Source: a virus (taxonomy: Duplodnaviria > Caudoviricetes). From it: a stretch of DNA of 37,900 nt. The notes beneath the pieces were generated by a model. It was not told the DNA's origin. It made no database searches and saw only the letters and a list, made by a program, of their open reading frames with translations. Made by a program: the position numbers and the translations under genes. The stretch spans positions 1 to 37,900 of IMG/VR virus record IMGVR_UViG_3300023218_000148. One strand, written 5' to 3'. This document shows positions 8,181 to 17,399 of this stretch, piece by piece; positions within the stretch are counted from its first letter, which is position 1; each line of letters opens with the position of its first letter.

Positions 8181-8536
8181 GCCTGCACCCCTTTGAGCAT
8201 CTGCCGCATCTGTTTCAGGTAGCGTCTCGCCTTTTCCGGCTCTGCCTGCGCACCGGGCAGCACCGGCGGCGCCTGGCGGCGCGGCACGGCTTCGAGCAAC
8301 TGCTTTGGCGCTGGCCACCTATCGACGCGCGTTGCAAGCACAGTGAACGCCTCCAGCAGCCGCGCTGCGTCGTCTTCGCGCCAGGCGCGGTGCGAGTTCC
8401 ACAGCAGATGGATCCACAAGCGCTTGGTCGCCGGCATCAAATCCAGTGCCGGCTCGCCGGGCAGCGAAAGCGCCACCAGCACTTTCAGCCCATCGGCCAC
8501 CGTGCGGCGAAACCAGTCGGGCGCCTCAGTCTTCAT
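8177..8536 (-). CDS. Conserved Mu-like phage hypothetical protein
   Basis: Tightly coupled ORF; WF...ADGL..L.AL.L.G.PA and DRWPAPK pattern seen upstream of mor in such phages. Confidence 0.7.
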   Translation of the reverse strand: MKTEAPDWFRRTVADGLKVLVALSLPGEPALDLMPATKRLWIHLLWNSHRAWREDDAARLLEAFTVLATRVDRWPAPKQLLEAVPRRQAPPVLPGAQAEPEKARRYLKQMRQMLKGVQA

Positions 8537-8972
8537 CCAGCGCCCTCAGCGCGGCGGCGCGCTTGGATTGCGGGCCGGCCCGTTCCGCGGGCATCGTCGC
8601 ACCGCGCTCCGTGTACTCATCCTGCACAGCGCCCAGCACCTTCTCGAAATACCGGTGGCTGGTCAGCGGCTGCCATTCGCCGCGATGGCGCTTGGCCTGC
8701 ATGGCCGCGACGGTGCGCACGCAAGCATCTGCCAACTGATCGTCCGCAGCGCCGCACTCCCAGGCGATGGCGGTGACCTCCTGCGCCAGCCGCAACGCAC
8801 GGGACCAACGCAGCGCCTGCTTGCGCGGCTTGAACAGTTGCAGGTACTGCACCAGCGCCCCAGCGGCGGCCTGGTGCGCCGAGAGCACCCCGAACAAGCC
8901 CCGCGCGTCGGCATCCTCGGCCAGCGCTTCCAGGCTCAAACGCGCGTGGCAGTTGGGGCAGATCACGTTCAC
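8526..8972 (-). CDS. Hypothetical protein with N-terminal CxxC
   Basis: GTG start overlaps the gemA stop; CPNC...YL.LF.P.K..L.W.RA and PL.SH.Y motifs. Confidence 0.7.
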   Translation of the reverse strand: MNVICPNCHARLSLEALAEDADARGLFGVLSAHQAAAGALVQYLQLFKPRKQALRWSRALRLAQEVTAIAWECGAADDQLADACVRTVAAMQAKRHRGEWQPLTSHRYFEKVLGAVQDEYTERGATMPAERAGPQSKRAAALRALDED

Positions 8973-9427
8973 GCGCCCACCGCCTCCTCGACGTGCTCGT
9001 TGCGCGCCCAGGCCGTGAGCGCCTGGATGACGATGGTTGCCTCGTGCGCATCCAGCCAGTCCGGCGTGTGCTTGCCGGTCAGGCGCTCGCAGAACTTGGC
9101 CAGCGACGCCTCGGACGGGTTGCGCACCACACCGGCGTGGTGCATGCTGATCCACATCGCGCGGATCTTGTCGGCCTGGGTCTTTTCGCCGGGCTTCTTC
9201 TGCCGGCTGGCCGGCGAGTAGCGGCCGCGCGGCGGGGCCGGCGCCCAGCCGAGCCGGCGCATGCAATCGAGGACGCGATCCAGTTCATCGAGGCTGAGCT
9301 CTCTGCAGGTGTCTAGCCCTGTGGCCTCGAGCAGGATGTCACGGTAGCGCTGCTCGTCCAGATCCAGATCGCGCCGGGCGACGTGGATCAAGGCGAGCTT
9401 CTTCTGCCTGACACTCGTGGTCTTCAT
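8969..9427 (-). CDS. gemA: GemA / Mu gp16 (DUF1018) family protein
   Basis: LIHVARRDL.LDE..YR..L motif and KIRAMW...G.V...SE..L..F motif. Confidence 0.88.
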   Translation of the reverse strand: MKTTSVRQKKLALIHVARRDLDLDEQRYRDILLEATGLDTCRELSLDELDRVLDCMRRLGWAPAPPRGRYSPASRQKKPGEKTQADKIRAMWISMHHAGVVRNPSEASLAKFCERLTGKHTPDWLDAHEATIVIQALTAWARNEHVEEAVGA

Positions 9428-9675
9428 CTTTGCCTCCTGTTCCGCAACACTGCACGGGCCGGCAACACCACGTAGGCATCCGGCGCGTTCGGTGGTCCGA
9501 TCAGCCCGTCCGGGATTCGATGCAGCTGCATCTCCCCGGTGGATGGGTCCGCGCCTGCCTGGTAGATGTCCCAATCGCCGTCGTGGCCATGCAAGTAGGC
9601 GATCTGATCGCCTTCAAGTAGATTCGCCGGCCGGCCCCGCCGAGCTTGCTGGCAGCGCACGACTTCGACCTTCAT
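9424..9675 (-). CDS. Hypothetical protein
   Basis: 83-aa ORF with ATGA overlaps at both ends. Confidence 0.55.
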   Translation of the reverse strand: MKVEVVRCQQARRGRPANLLEGDQIAYLHGHDGDWDIYQAGADPSTGEMQLHRIPDGLIGPPNAPDAYVVLPARAVLRNRRQR

Positions 9676-10091
9676 GCCGCCAGCACCGCGTCGCGGCGTT
9701 GGTTGGTTTCGATAGCCGGGCCGGCGGCAGCCGGTGCGGCCGGCGGATGACACCACCAGTGCACCTGCTCGGCCGTCATCAGGTCGCCGCCGGAATAACG
9801 CCAGTCTATGCCGTCCAGCTCGGCGACATCCACGGTGTATTCCTGATCGCCGGGCCACAAATAGGCCACCAGCACCAGCTGGCCTGGAGGGGGCTGCAGT
9901 TCGTGCGCATCCATCCACATGGCCACGCTCGCACCCGGTTGGGTGATCCGCTCCAGGCACCCGCGCACGAACTTTTGCTCGTCTGTGCCGGTCAGCGGGT
10001 GGGCGCTGTAGAAATCAAGAAACCGTCGCGCGGCTACCAGCACTTCCGCGTCGGTGATCCCGGTGCCGTCGTGTTCGATCGGGCTGTTCAT
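9672..10091 (-). CDS. Hypothetical protein with DUF551-like C-terminus
   Basis: W......PP....VLV...V.WW..P pattern; translationally coupled. Confidence 0.6.
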   Translation of the reverse strand: MNSPIEHDGTGITDAEVLVAARRFLDFYSAHPLTGTDEQKFVRGCLERITQPGASVAMWMDAHELQPPPGQLVLVAYLWPGDQEYTVDVAELDGIDWRYSGGDLMTAEQVHWWCHPPAAPAAAGPAIETNQRRDAVLAA

Positions 10092-10630
10092 GCCGCCTCC
10101 TGGTAGTTCTCGGCCTCGCTGATCAGCGCATTGACCAGTTTGTCGACCTCGGTGTCGGTGCTCTTGACCACCACCTGGTCGACGTCGGCCTCGATCTGCA
10201 CGCCGATGCGCTTGAGCTCCGCGCCGCTCAGCTGCTGCAGACCGCCTTTCAGCGGCGTCTCCTTGACCGAGACCAGGTTTTCGAACTGATCGGGAAGATG
10301 CTTGCGGATCAACTTCACCACCTGCGCCGGGTCATCGAAAACGATGCGGCCCTTCTGCTTGGTGTAGCCCACGCGGATGCCGGCGATGACCATCGTCTTC
10401 GGCTTCTCGAACAGATGCGGCGCCAGCGCCACAGCCTGCTCCAGTTCGCTGCGTGCATCGCCTGCTTTGGCCACGGCATTCTTGATGCCCTGCAGGCGGC
10501 GGCGCTTGAGGGCCTCGACTTCTTCGTTGAGCGTCTGGCAACGCTCGGCCAGCACGTCGTATTTCGCGCGGTACTTGCGGCACAGCTTTTCGATCAGTGC
10601 CAGGTCTACGGATTGGGTCTGGTCAATCAT
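10088..10630 (-). CDS. gam: Gam-like host-nuclease inhibitor
   Basis: Coiled-coil N-terminus, LF.KPKT....GI.VG..KQKG and L..IGV motifs; early-region position. Confidence 0.7.
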   Translation of the reverse strand: MIDQTQSVDLALIEKLCRKYRAKYDVLAERCQTLNEEVEALKRRRLQGIKNAVAKAGDARSELEQAVALAPHLFEKPKTMVIAGIRVGYTKQKGRIVFDDPAQVVKLIRKHLPDQFENLVSVKETPLKGGLQQLSGAELKRIGVQIEADVDQVVVKSTDTEVDKLVNALISEAENYQEAA

Positions 10631-11043
10631 TTCGATGTGCTCCTTAGCGGCGCCTCATCCGAGGCGTTTTTGGTGCCCGGTCGGGCCGGGATTGGCTGGG
10701 CAAACTGGCCCATGTCGAATGCATGGATGGCGATTTTTCCGTGGCGCAGCAGCCCAAGATAGCGGTTTGTCGGGATGACTTGCGGCGAGTCCGCGGTCTG
10801 CATCTGGACAACGCGCCACACCATCGGCTGATCAGGGTCAATGCTGGCGTGCACATGTAGTTGCTCTCCAGTCCACTCGAGGGCCAGCAACTCCGCACCC
10901 TCGGGCATTGGGATCTGCACCCGCGCGAATCCGTCGCCGGAAATGCTCGGCATCGGCTCGACAAATTCCACCAGCCAGTTCACCGGTGACGCGCATGCGA
11001 GGGCTGACATCACCATCAGCGGAAAAATGAATATTCGCAGCAT
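10627..11043 (-). CDS. Hypothetical beta-rich protein with signal-peptide-like N-terminus
   Basis: GGAGG ribosome site before ATG 11043; IPMPEGA.LL...YLG...H.F pattern. Confidence 0.6.
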   Translation of the reverse strand: MLRIFIFPLMVMSALACASPVNWLVEFVEPMPSISGDGFARVQIPMPEGAELLALEWTGEQLHVHASIDPDQPMVWRVVQMQTADSPQVIPTNRYLGLLRHGKIAIHAFDMGQFAQPIPARPGTKNASDEAPLRSTSK

Positions 11044-11044
11044 T

Positions 11045-11260
11045 TCAATAGTCCTCCATATTTGCGCGCTCTCGTGCCGCCAGGGCCCGATGCCGGTGCA
11101 GCGCGGCGACGACGGTTTTCTGCAGGCTCTCGACCTGCAGCGCCTGGTCGATCTCGGCCAGGTCAAAGTTGCGGATCATGTCCAGCCGGTCGCCGGCGGT
11201 CACCGCCCCGATCGGGCGGCCGCCCCACGTGCCGGCCGTGAATGACTTATGGGTCTGCAT
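11045..11260 (-). CDS. Hypothetical protein
   Basis: 71 aa, GGAGG ribosome site, fits the operon. Confidence 0.6.
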   Translation of the reverse strand: MQTHKSFTAGTWGGRPIGAVTAGDRLDMIRNFDLAEIDQALQVESLQKTVVAALHRHRALAARERANMEDY

Positions 11261-11696
11261 GCGTAGCCTCCTGGTGTTGTTCGCGCTCGGCGCGCTGTTG
11301 CTCCAGCGCATCCCGCATGCGCGGTGTAGCGAGGTCGAGCCTTAGTTGTTCCACCAACTCGACCAGTGAGATCCTTTTCAGGGCGGCCTCTTGCTTGAAC
11401 GCGCTCATTGCCCGCTGGCGGAACCACCGGGCGGTATCGGCCAGCTCTTCGTCGCTGGCGGCCATGAAATAGCCGCCACCCTTGCCGTTGTGGTGGCACA
11501 CCGCATGGCCCTCGCGCCGCAACTGCTCGACCACCGAGCGCACGATGCGGCTCTCGTCGTAGCGCCGGCTTGGTGTTACCTGGCAACGCTGCACCGCGCT
11601 TGTCAGGTCGGCCATCGTGATGGCATTGGCCTTGCCCACGTGGCCGGCCAGCACCTCGAGCACGCGTTGCTTGATCTGTTCGCGGTCAAGCTGCAT
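11247..11696 (-). CDS. Winged-helix DNA-binding protein
   Basis: L..H.G..NAI...L, R.VR..VE.LRREG and GY..A...E motifs typical of Mu-like early wHTH proteins. Confidence 0.75.
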   Translation of the reverse strand: MQLDREQIKQRVLEVLAGHVGKANAITMADLTSAVQRCQVTPSRRYDESRIVRSVVEQLRREGHAVCHHNGKGGGYFMAASDEELADTARWFRQRAMSAFKQEAALKRISLVELVEQLRLDLATPRMRDALEQQRAEREQHQEATHADP

Positions 11697-11907
11697 CGGG
11701 GCCTCCTGTGAATTCGCCGTCGAGATCCAGCCCGGCGCGCCGGGCGACGTCGACCAGTTCGTTCCAGTCGATACCGGTCTGCCGGCCGGTCTGGCGCGAG
11801 AGCAGCAGCAGCCGCTCGCGGCCGACCGCGACCTTGTACTGGCGGCCGTCGGGTGATTGGGCCTCGCCCAGGGCGCAGGCAGTGGGCAGTCTGCTGACGT
11901 TGCTCAT
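11686..11907 (-). CDS. Hypothetical protein
   Basis: 73 aa, GGAGG ribosome site, coupled to neighbours. Confidence 0.6.
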   Translation of the reverse strand: MSNVSRLPTACALGEAQSPDGRQYKVAVGRERLLLLSRQTGRQTGIDWNELVDVARRAGLDLDGEFTGGPDAA

Positions 11908-12329
11908 GCTTCACCTCCGAGTTGCCGGGCCACCTTCGCGATCTGCTCGTCGCTGTACACGTGCGCATTCGGATCAACGCCGGCGTGGATCGCGGCGATG
12001 ATGAAGTCGTAGTAAGCCCGGAGGTCTTGGGTCAGCCACTTCTTCCAGCACGGCGAGTCCTCGTAGACGAGCAGCTGCCATTCGTCGCAGTGCGGGCAGC
12101 GCAGCTCGATCGATGCGCCCTCCGGCATCAATAACTCGAACGGCTCGTCGCACTTACCGCAGATAAATGTCTCGCTGACTGTCTCCGTGGTCTTGCCGGT
12201 GAGCGGGTTGCGGCAAGCAAACCGCATGCCCCAACCTGCGCGGTACTTATGGCAGGAATCATTGGCCTCTATACGGGCCATATCCGCCCCGTCGACTGGC
12301 TTGTGAATCGGATGCGCCCGGCGGCTCAC
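11904..12329 (-). CDS. Cys-rich putative zinc-ribbon protein
   Basis: CGKC and CPHC pairs; GTG start overlapping the MuB stop. Confidence 0.6.
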   Translation of the reverse strand: MSRRAHPIHKPVDGADMARIEANDSCHKYRAGWGMRFACRNPLTGKTTETVSETFICGKCDEPFELLMPEGASIELRCPHCDEWQLLVYEDSPCWKKWLTQDLRAYYDFIIAAIHAGVDPNAHVYSDEQIAKVARQLGGEA

Positions 12330-13375
12330 GCCTTCCTCCTCGCCGGCTGAAAGCCGAGCAGGTCGCGGGCGATTTTCTTGACCAGCGCCGGGGTCAGCTC
12401 GTGGCCCTTGGCCAGGCCGTAGTCGCGCAGGCCCGGCAGCACGCCGTCGCACAGCACGCGGGCCGAACCGTCGCAGGCCTCGTCGAGCGCCTTCATCAGC
12501 TCGTCGTTGAACTCGACTTCCGGCATGCAGGCCTCGGCCAGGGCGCGCAGGTCGTCGTTGGAAACACGCTTGATGATCGGCGGCCAGAACAGCACGCGCG
12601 ATGAGATCTGGCCGAAGCGGCCGCGCGGGTCGCGCACCATCGGCAGCAGCTTCTCGGTGCCGGCCAGCACCACGCCGGCGCCGGCCAGGTCGCGGATGCG
12701 GCGCAGAATCTCCAGCGTGGACGAAGCGCAGGTCTCGGCCTCGTCGAGCAGAATCAGCGCGCGCTTACCCTTCAGCGCGCTGATCACCGCGCGCAGCTTC
12801 TCGGCCTTGGTGCCGCCGGTCTTTGGGCTGCTGCTCTTGACCGGCACGCCGACCAGCGAGACCAGCTCGTCGAGCAATACCGTGTGGCTCATGCTCGGCA
12901 GCGCCTCGACCAGGTACACGTCGGGCTGTTCTTCCGTGATCCTTTTCAGCGCGGTGGTCTTGCCGGTGCCAACGTAGGCCGCCACCACGCCAAATCCGGC
13001 ATATCGCCGGGCGCGGTAGCAGGCCGCCAACACCGCGCGGTAGACGCTGGTCTCGACGAATGGCGCCTCGATCGGATCGGACGCCGGGCCGTCGGCGTCC
13101 CACGCCGGCAGATCAATGTCGTGGCCCATGTAGCGGTCGATCACCGTCTTGAATTCGGCCAGCCACTTCGCCGGTGAGCGCGGCAACTGGCCGCTGAGCA
13201 CCTGGCACACGGTGGTCGGGCTGCAGCCTGTGAGCTTGCCGAGCTGGCTCTGCGACAGCCCGCTGGCGGCCAACAGCGCGGTGACGCTGCGCACCGCCAT
13301 GCGGTCCTCTGAGGTGTAATGGTCCGGGTAGTCCTGATGGGCGGCCCGGGTGATTGCATCGCTTGCCTGTTGCAT
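12326..13375 (-). CDS. MuB-like AAA+ transposition ATPase with N-terminal HTH
   Basis: Walker A VGTGKT, Walker B LILLDEAE, LRRIRD...G.VL.G and SRV motifs; downstream of transposase. Confidence 0.92.
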   Translation of the reverse strand: MQQASDAITRAAHQDYPDHYTSEDRMAVRSVTALLAASGLSQSQLGKLTGCSPTTVCQVLSGQLPRSPAKWLAEFKTVIDRYMGHDIDLPAWDADGPASDPIEAPFVETSVYRAVLAACYRARRYAGFGVVAAYVGTGKTTALKRITEEQPDVYLVEALPSMSHTVLLDELVSLVGVPVKSSSPKTGGTKAEKLRAVISALKGKRALILLDEAETCASSTLEILRRIRDLAGAGVVLAGTEKLLPMVRDPRGRFGQISSRVLFWPPIIKRVSNDDLRALAEACMPEVEFNDELMKALDEACDGSARVLCDGVLPGLRDYGLAKGHELTPALVKKIARDLLGFQPARRKA

Positions 13376-13407
13376 GGTGTGGCTTCTCCTGGTGGATTCC
13401 CTGGTGG

Positions 13408-15189
13408 TCAGTAGTCGGTCGAGTAGATATCGATCTCGCCGGGGTCGGTGTCGTCTTCATCGTCGGCGCGGGGTACGCGCTCGCCTGCCGCCGCCGCGCG
13501 CCTGACCTGCTGCGCGTTCATCTCGTGCAGCGGGTTTGCCTGGTGTTCGAGGTCGTAGATGCGGTCGGTGATTTCGGTGGTGTCGCGGGTGTCGATCTTC
13601 TGCGCTTCGATCTCCTCGATCTGGCGCTTGCGGTTGGCGATGCGGCCGGCTTCGCGCTTGAGCTCTGTGCTTTCAAGGAAACTCGCAGGTGCAGCGGCAA
13701 TTTCTATAACGCGCTCTGCACGGCAAAGGAACGAGCCGTCCTGCCAGTTGACGATCACGCCCACGTCATAGCTGAGCGGATCGAACTCGACGATCACAAT
13801 GCGGCCTTCGGCCTTGCCGAGATTCTCGTGCTGGAAGAAGTTGTTGTCGAAGCGCACCCGGCCCTTGAAGACCTTGCGCGAGACGGATAGATACCGAAGC
13901 CGCTCTTCGCTGATCTCTGGCGGATCGGGAATGCGGTCTTCGGCCCATACCTGGTTGGGCGTTCTTCCACCCAGGGCTTTGCGCGGTTTGTCGTTGCGTC
14001 CGGTGACCCAGGCGCGAATCCGATCGTTGGCTTCGTCCCAGGGCCAGACCTCGACCTTTCCGGCTTCCATCATCACCATCTGGCGCTGCATGAATTCGTC
14101 GGTTCGGCCTTTGCCGCAGAAGCTCGGCGCTTCCTTGCCGCACTCTTCCTCGAACATTGCAAACAGCCCCTCGGTGCGGCCTTTCGAACGGGGGTTTCGC
14201 GCATGCGCCAGCGATTGGGTTATGCCGAGCTTGCTCAGATATCCGGTAACCGCCTCGTCGTCCATCAGCTTGTTCTTGAAGCCGGGCCCGCGGTCGACAT
14301 GAATGCAGCTGGGCACATGGTTGTTGTTGTAGATCGCATTGCCCAGCGAGAACAGGGTGTTCAGCGCCGATTCCCTGTCCCAGAGGCGGAAGTTCAGAAT
14401 GCGATCGCTTTTCTGATCGACCCATACCGTCAGCTCGGGCCGGAAAGGCTTGCCGGTAACCGGGTGCAGCACATAGAAATCGCAGGTGTGGCCATCGGCC
14501 TCCCAGGTGTGCCCGACCGGCAGATTGGAATAATCGCGAATCACATAGGGCGTGAAATTCTGCTTGTGGTAATCCTTGCCGGTACGCCACTTGCAGTCAT
14601 TGCCGAGATGGGCCGGAAGGCGGTCTTGATGCAGAAAGTACTGCACCTGCTTGTCGGTGACTTCGAATCCGTCGCGCCGCAGGCGCTTGGCCACGGTGGA
14701 GCGCTTCGGCCGCTGTGGCGTCAGCCACTCGCGCATGCACGCCACCCACCAGTCGCGCCAGCCAGTCTGTTGCCCGGGGTGTTTGTCCCAAAGTCCCGAA
14801 ACGCCGTGCTCCTTGTAAGCCGCGAGCTTGCGCGCTGCATTCGGGTAGCTGGGGATTACGGACTTTCCCCGGCCAATGAGGGCGGCTGCATCAACCAGGT
14901 TCGGCCGCTCCCGACCAGCCCGAATGCGAGCCACCAGCGAATCGAAGGCGGCGCGCTCGGAAGGCAACTCACTCTCTTTGGAATGCGCCTGCCAGCGCTC
15001 TACGAACAGCCGCCAGGCGTCGCATTTCTTCTTCTGCTTGAAGGTGAGCGCCTCGTATGAGTCGGCCGGCTTTCGGCCCTTGCCCTGTTCGTGCAGCCAT
15101 TCCCACGCCTCGCGCGGAAGCCCCGAGCGATTGCCGGTCAGCTCGACCAGGTTGGATTCTGTTTGTTTCTCAAGGGCAGACTTGCTCAT
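13408..15189 (-). CDS. MuA-like DDE transposase
   Basis: Catalytic triad contexts WEADGH, HVDRGPGF and KGRTEGLF; C-terminal beta-barrel region. Confidence 0.92.
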   Translation of the reverse strand: MSKSALEKQTESNLVELTGNRSGLPREAWEWLHEQGKGRKPADSYEALTFKQKKKCDAWRLFVERWQAHSKESELPSERAAFDSLVARIRAGRERPNLVDAAALIGRGKSVIPSYPNAARKLAAYKEHGVSGLWDKHPGQQTGWRDWWVACMREWLTPQRPKRSTVAKRLRRDGFEVTDKQVQYFLHQDRLPAHLGNDCKWRTGKDYHKQNFTPYVIRDYSNLPVGHTWEADGHTCDFYVLHPVTGKPFRPELTVWVDQKSDRILNFRLWDRESALNTLFSLGNAIYNNNHVPSCIHVDRGPGFKNKLMDDEAVTGYLSKLGITQSLAHARNPRSKGRTEGLFAMFEEECGKEAPSFCGKGRTDEFMQRQMVMMEAGKVEVWPWDEANDRIRAWVTGRNDKPRKALGGRTPNQVWAEDRIPDPPEISEERLRYLSVSRKVFKGRVRFDNNFFQHENLGKAEGRIVIVEFDPLSYDVGVIVNWQDGSFLCRAERVIEIAAAPASFLESTELKREAGRIANRKRQIEEIEAQKIDTRDTTEITDRIYDLEHQANPLHEMNAQQVRRAAAAGERVPRADDEDDTDPGEIDIYSTDY

Positions 15190-15192
15190 GGC

Positions 15193-16254
15193 TTAACTCG
15201 CGCGCCGGCGCTCTTTCTTGCCGGGCAGATTGGCCACGGCGGTATCCAGGCTGAACCACGCCGTGGCGACCATCTTGCGGAAGCGCTCGTGCACGGCACG
15301 GGCTTCGGCATCGGCCAGCACCGGGTAATCCAGTTCTTCCTCGGTGAGAAAATCCGGGGTTTTCGATTCGATATGCCGCAGCACCTCGCTGGCCTGGCCG
15401 ATGATTCCGCGGCAGACGGTTGCGACAGCCTTCACGCCCAGTTCCATTTCCATCTGGCGCGCGCGTGGCTCGGCGTGCAGGTCCACGCCCTGGTAGACGT
15501 TGTTGAGCAGCTCGCGCAACCGGATCAGGCCCTCGTCAGCCACCAGGCCGAACGCCGCGCCTTCCACGCGCGCATACCGCACCGACCGCGGCAGATCGGC
15601 CAGGTGCATTTCCTGCTCTCGCAATGAGCGGACCTCGGCCTGCAGTTCATCGGCGCGTTGGGCGGCGCGCTCGGCGCGCTTCTCGGCCTTGATTACTTCC
15701 TCGCGCTCGCCTTGGAGCTGGCGCATGTGCTGACGCAGATCGTTGCGGCTGGCCGAACAGACCTTGTCCCAGGTGAGCCCCGAGACCTCTTCGCCGTGTG
15801 TCAGTCGGCGCACGCCCTCGGCGCCGAGCTTGCGCAACTGTTCGTCGACGACGGTGTAGCCGAGTGAGGCGATCTGTCGGATTGCATCTTCCTCTCCGAT
15901 CTCATCGAGGAAATTGAAGTAGCGCATCGCGGCATAAACGGATTCTTTGCTGACGTTTTTTTCGTCCGCCTTGGCGCCGACCCAGCGTGTGCCGCCGCCA
16001 GCGGCTGCCTTGGCGCGCTCGAACCAGTAGCCGCCAAGTGCGAACCGAATGCCGGCGAGCTGCACGCAGGCAATGCCAGCCTCGAACGCGGCGTCCGGGT
16101 CGTTTTGTTTCGCCGGCGAAACAAAATCTCCGGATTCTGCGGCGAGGTCCGCAAGCCATTTCGGCGGCGGCTCGGCCGTGCCGGCAAGAGAAATTGCCCC
16201 GCCTTCCTGGCCGGCGGCACCGGTGGCCACTGCTTTCAGTTTTCCCTTGCTCAT
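15193..16254 (-). CDS. Conserved early protein upstream of transposase (DUF3102-like plus coiled coil)
   Basis: 353 aa; position and helical pattern as in B3-like phages. Confidence 0.6.
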   Translation of the reverse strand: MSKGKLKAVATGAAGQEGGAISLAGTAEPPPKWLADLAAESGDFVSPAKQNDPDAAFEAGIACVQLAGIRFALGGYWFERAKAAAGGGTRWVGAKADEKNVSKESVYAAMRYFNFLDEIGEEDAIRQIASLGYTVVDEQLRKLGAEGVRRLTHGEEVSGLTWDKVCSASRNDLRQHMRQLQGEREEVIKAEKRAERAAQRADELQAEVRSLREQEMHLADLPRSVRYARVEGAAFGLVADEGLIRLRELLNNVYQGVDLHAEPRARQMEMELGVKAVATVCRGIIGQASEVLRHIESKTPDFLTEEELDYPVLADAEARAVHERFRKMVATAWFSLDTAVANLPGKKERRRAS

Positions 16255-16559
16255 CGGGCATCGATCCGGTCGAGTGCCGCCTTGGCCGCCGCGACGTTGT
16301 CGCCAGCAAGCAGCATTGAAACGATTTCTGAGATGTCTGGGGGAAGTTCTCTGAAGTCACGCCTTCCGGTTACTACATATGCGGCATCAAGGCCAGCCTC
16401 GTGCATCGCCCGCAAGTAGTTGCCGGTAGGAGATCGGTGTTCGTTTTCGTAGTTGCACTGGGCTTTCTTTTCGACTGCAAACCGCTTTCCAAATGCTGCC
16501 TGACTAAGCCCTGTTTCTTTCCTGATTCGCCGAAGTCGTTCACCAATGCCATTCATCAA
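16251..16559 (-). CDS. XRE-family HTH regulator, paralog of the phage repressor
   Basis: GERLRRIR...GLSQAAF...NYE...SP...YL......G.D..YVVTGRR. Confidence 0.82.
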   Translation of the reverse strand: MMNGIGERLRRIRKETGLSQAAFGKRFAVEKKAQCNYENEHRSPTGNYLRAMHEAGLDAAYVVTGRRDFRELPPDISEIVSMLLAGDNVAAAKAALDRIDAR

Positions 16560-16950
16560 TGCACCCCCCTTCCGCCGCGATCTGGTCGCAGGCTTCGATG
16601 ATCAGCACGCCGGCATCGCGCAGGCGGGTGAGTGGGTGCTCCTGGAGCGCTCGCTTGACGTGCGCGCGGCGGGCCTCCTGCTGCCGCTGGCGCTTGTGTT
16701 CTATTTCATCGATGAAGCTAGCCGGCATCGGCCGCACCGCCGCGCGGCGGATCATTTCGAAGAAGCCGCCGGTTTCCATGCGGGTGGCGAAGGCCTCCCA
16801 GGCGTTGAGGTAGTTGGCCTCGGTAAGCTGGCCGTACTTTTCGCCCGGGTAATGGGTGAGGAAGATCTGCCGCAGCTCCGGCGGCAGCCGGCGCGGGAGG
16901 TCCAGCGCCAGGCGGTCGATCTGGTCCTGGATGCGTTGGGTGTCAGTCAC
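16540..16950 (-). CDS. Hypothetical protein
   Basis: GTG at 16950 with AGGAG ribosome site; 136 aa. Confidence 0.6.
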   Translation of the reverse strand: MTDTQRIQDQIDRLALDLPRRLPPELRQIFLTHYPGEKYGQLTEANYLNAWEAFATRMETGGFFEMIRRAAVRPMPASFIDEIEHKRQRQQEARRAHVKRALQEHPLTRLRDAGVLIIEACDQIAAEGGCIDEWHW

Positions 16951-17044
16951 GGTTGGTCTCCTGGTGGGAATGGAAAAGGGCGCCCGCCGTGGTAGATTCG
17001 GGACCTTGACGAAGACCGAATCCAACACCGCCACGGAGGGCGCC

Positions 17045-17296
17045 ATGAACGAAGAAATTGATCCAGCCACTGCAGACGACAGCGTGATGGCGCTGGTCTA
17101 CAGCCTGTTTGCGCTTACGAAGACGTTGCAGGAGTCCGGTCATCTCGATATCAAGCACTACGAGAGGAACCTGGACGGAGCGTACTCAGCGCTGATGCGA
17201 ACCGGCCAAGAGCACGCCGGAGCGCTGAGCGAAATGTACCGGTCCTGGCTGATGGGTTTTCTTGAGGCCGGGTCAGATAAAGCCAGCCCGCCGTAA
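17045..17296 (+). CDS. Counter-oriented small helical protein (moron-like)
   Basis: GGAGG ribosome site, ATG 17045, upstream extended -10-like TGGTAGATT near 16991 and a hairpin. Confidence 0.65.
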   Translation: MNEEIDPATADDSVMALVYSLFALTKTLQESGHLDIKHYERNLDGAYSALMRTGQEHAGALSEMYRSWLMGFLEAGSDKASPP

Positions 17297-17399
17297 AACC
17301 GTCCCAGAACTTGCGGTCAGGGTCGTCGGTGAGTGCGGCGGCCGCGTGGGCCCTTCGGAGTGCTTCGGCCACTCGAGCTTTTGATTCTTCGCGAGTCAT
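17151..17399 (-). CDS. Hypothetical protein; 3' half overlaps the opposite-strand ORF
   Basis: ATGA coupling to the upstream ORF. Confidence 0.4.
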   Translation of the reverse strand: MTREESKARVAEALRRAHAAAALTDDPDRKFWDGFTAGWLYLTRPQENPSARTGTFRSALRRALGRFASALSTLRPGSSRSA

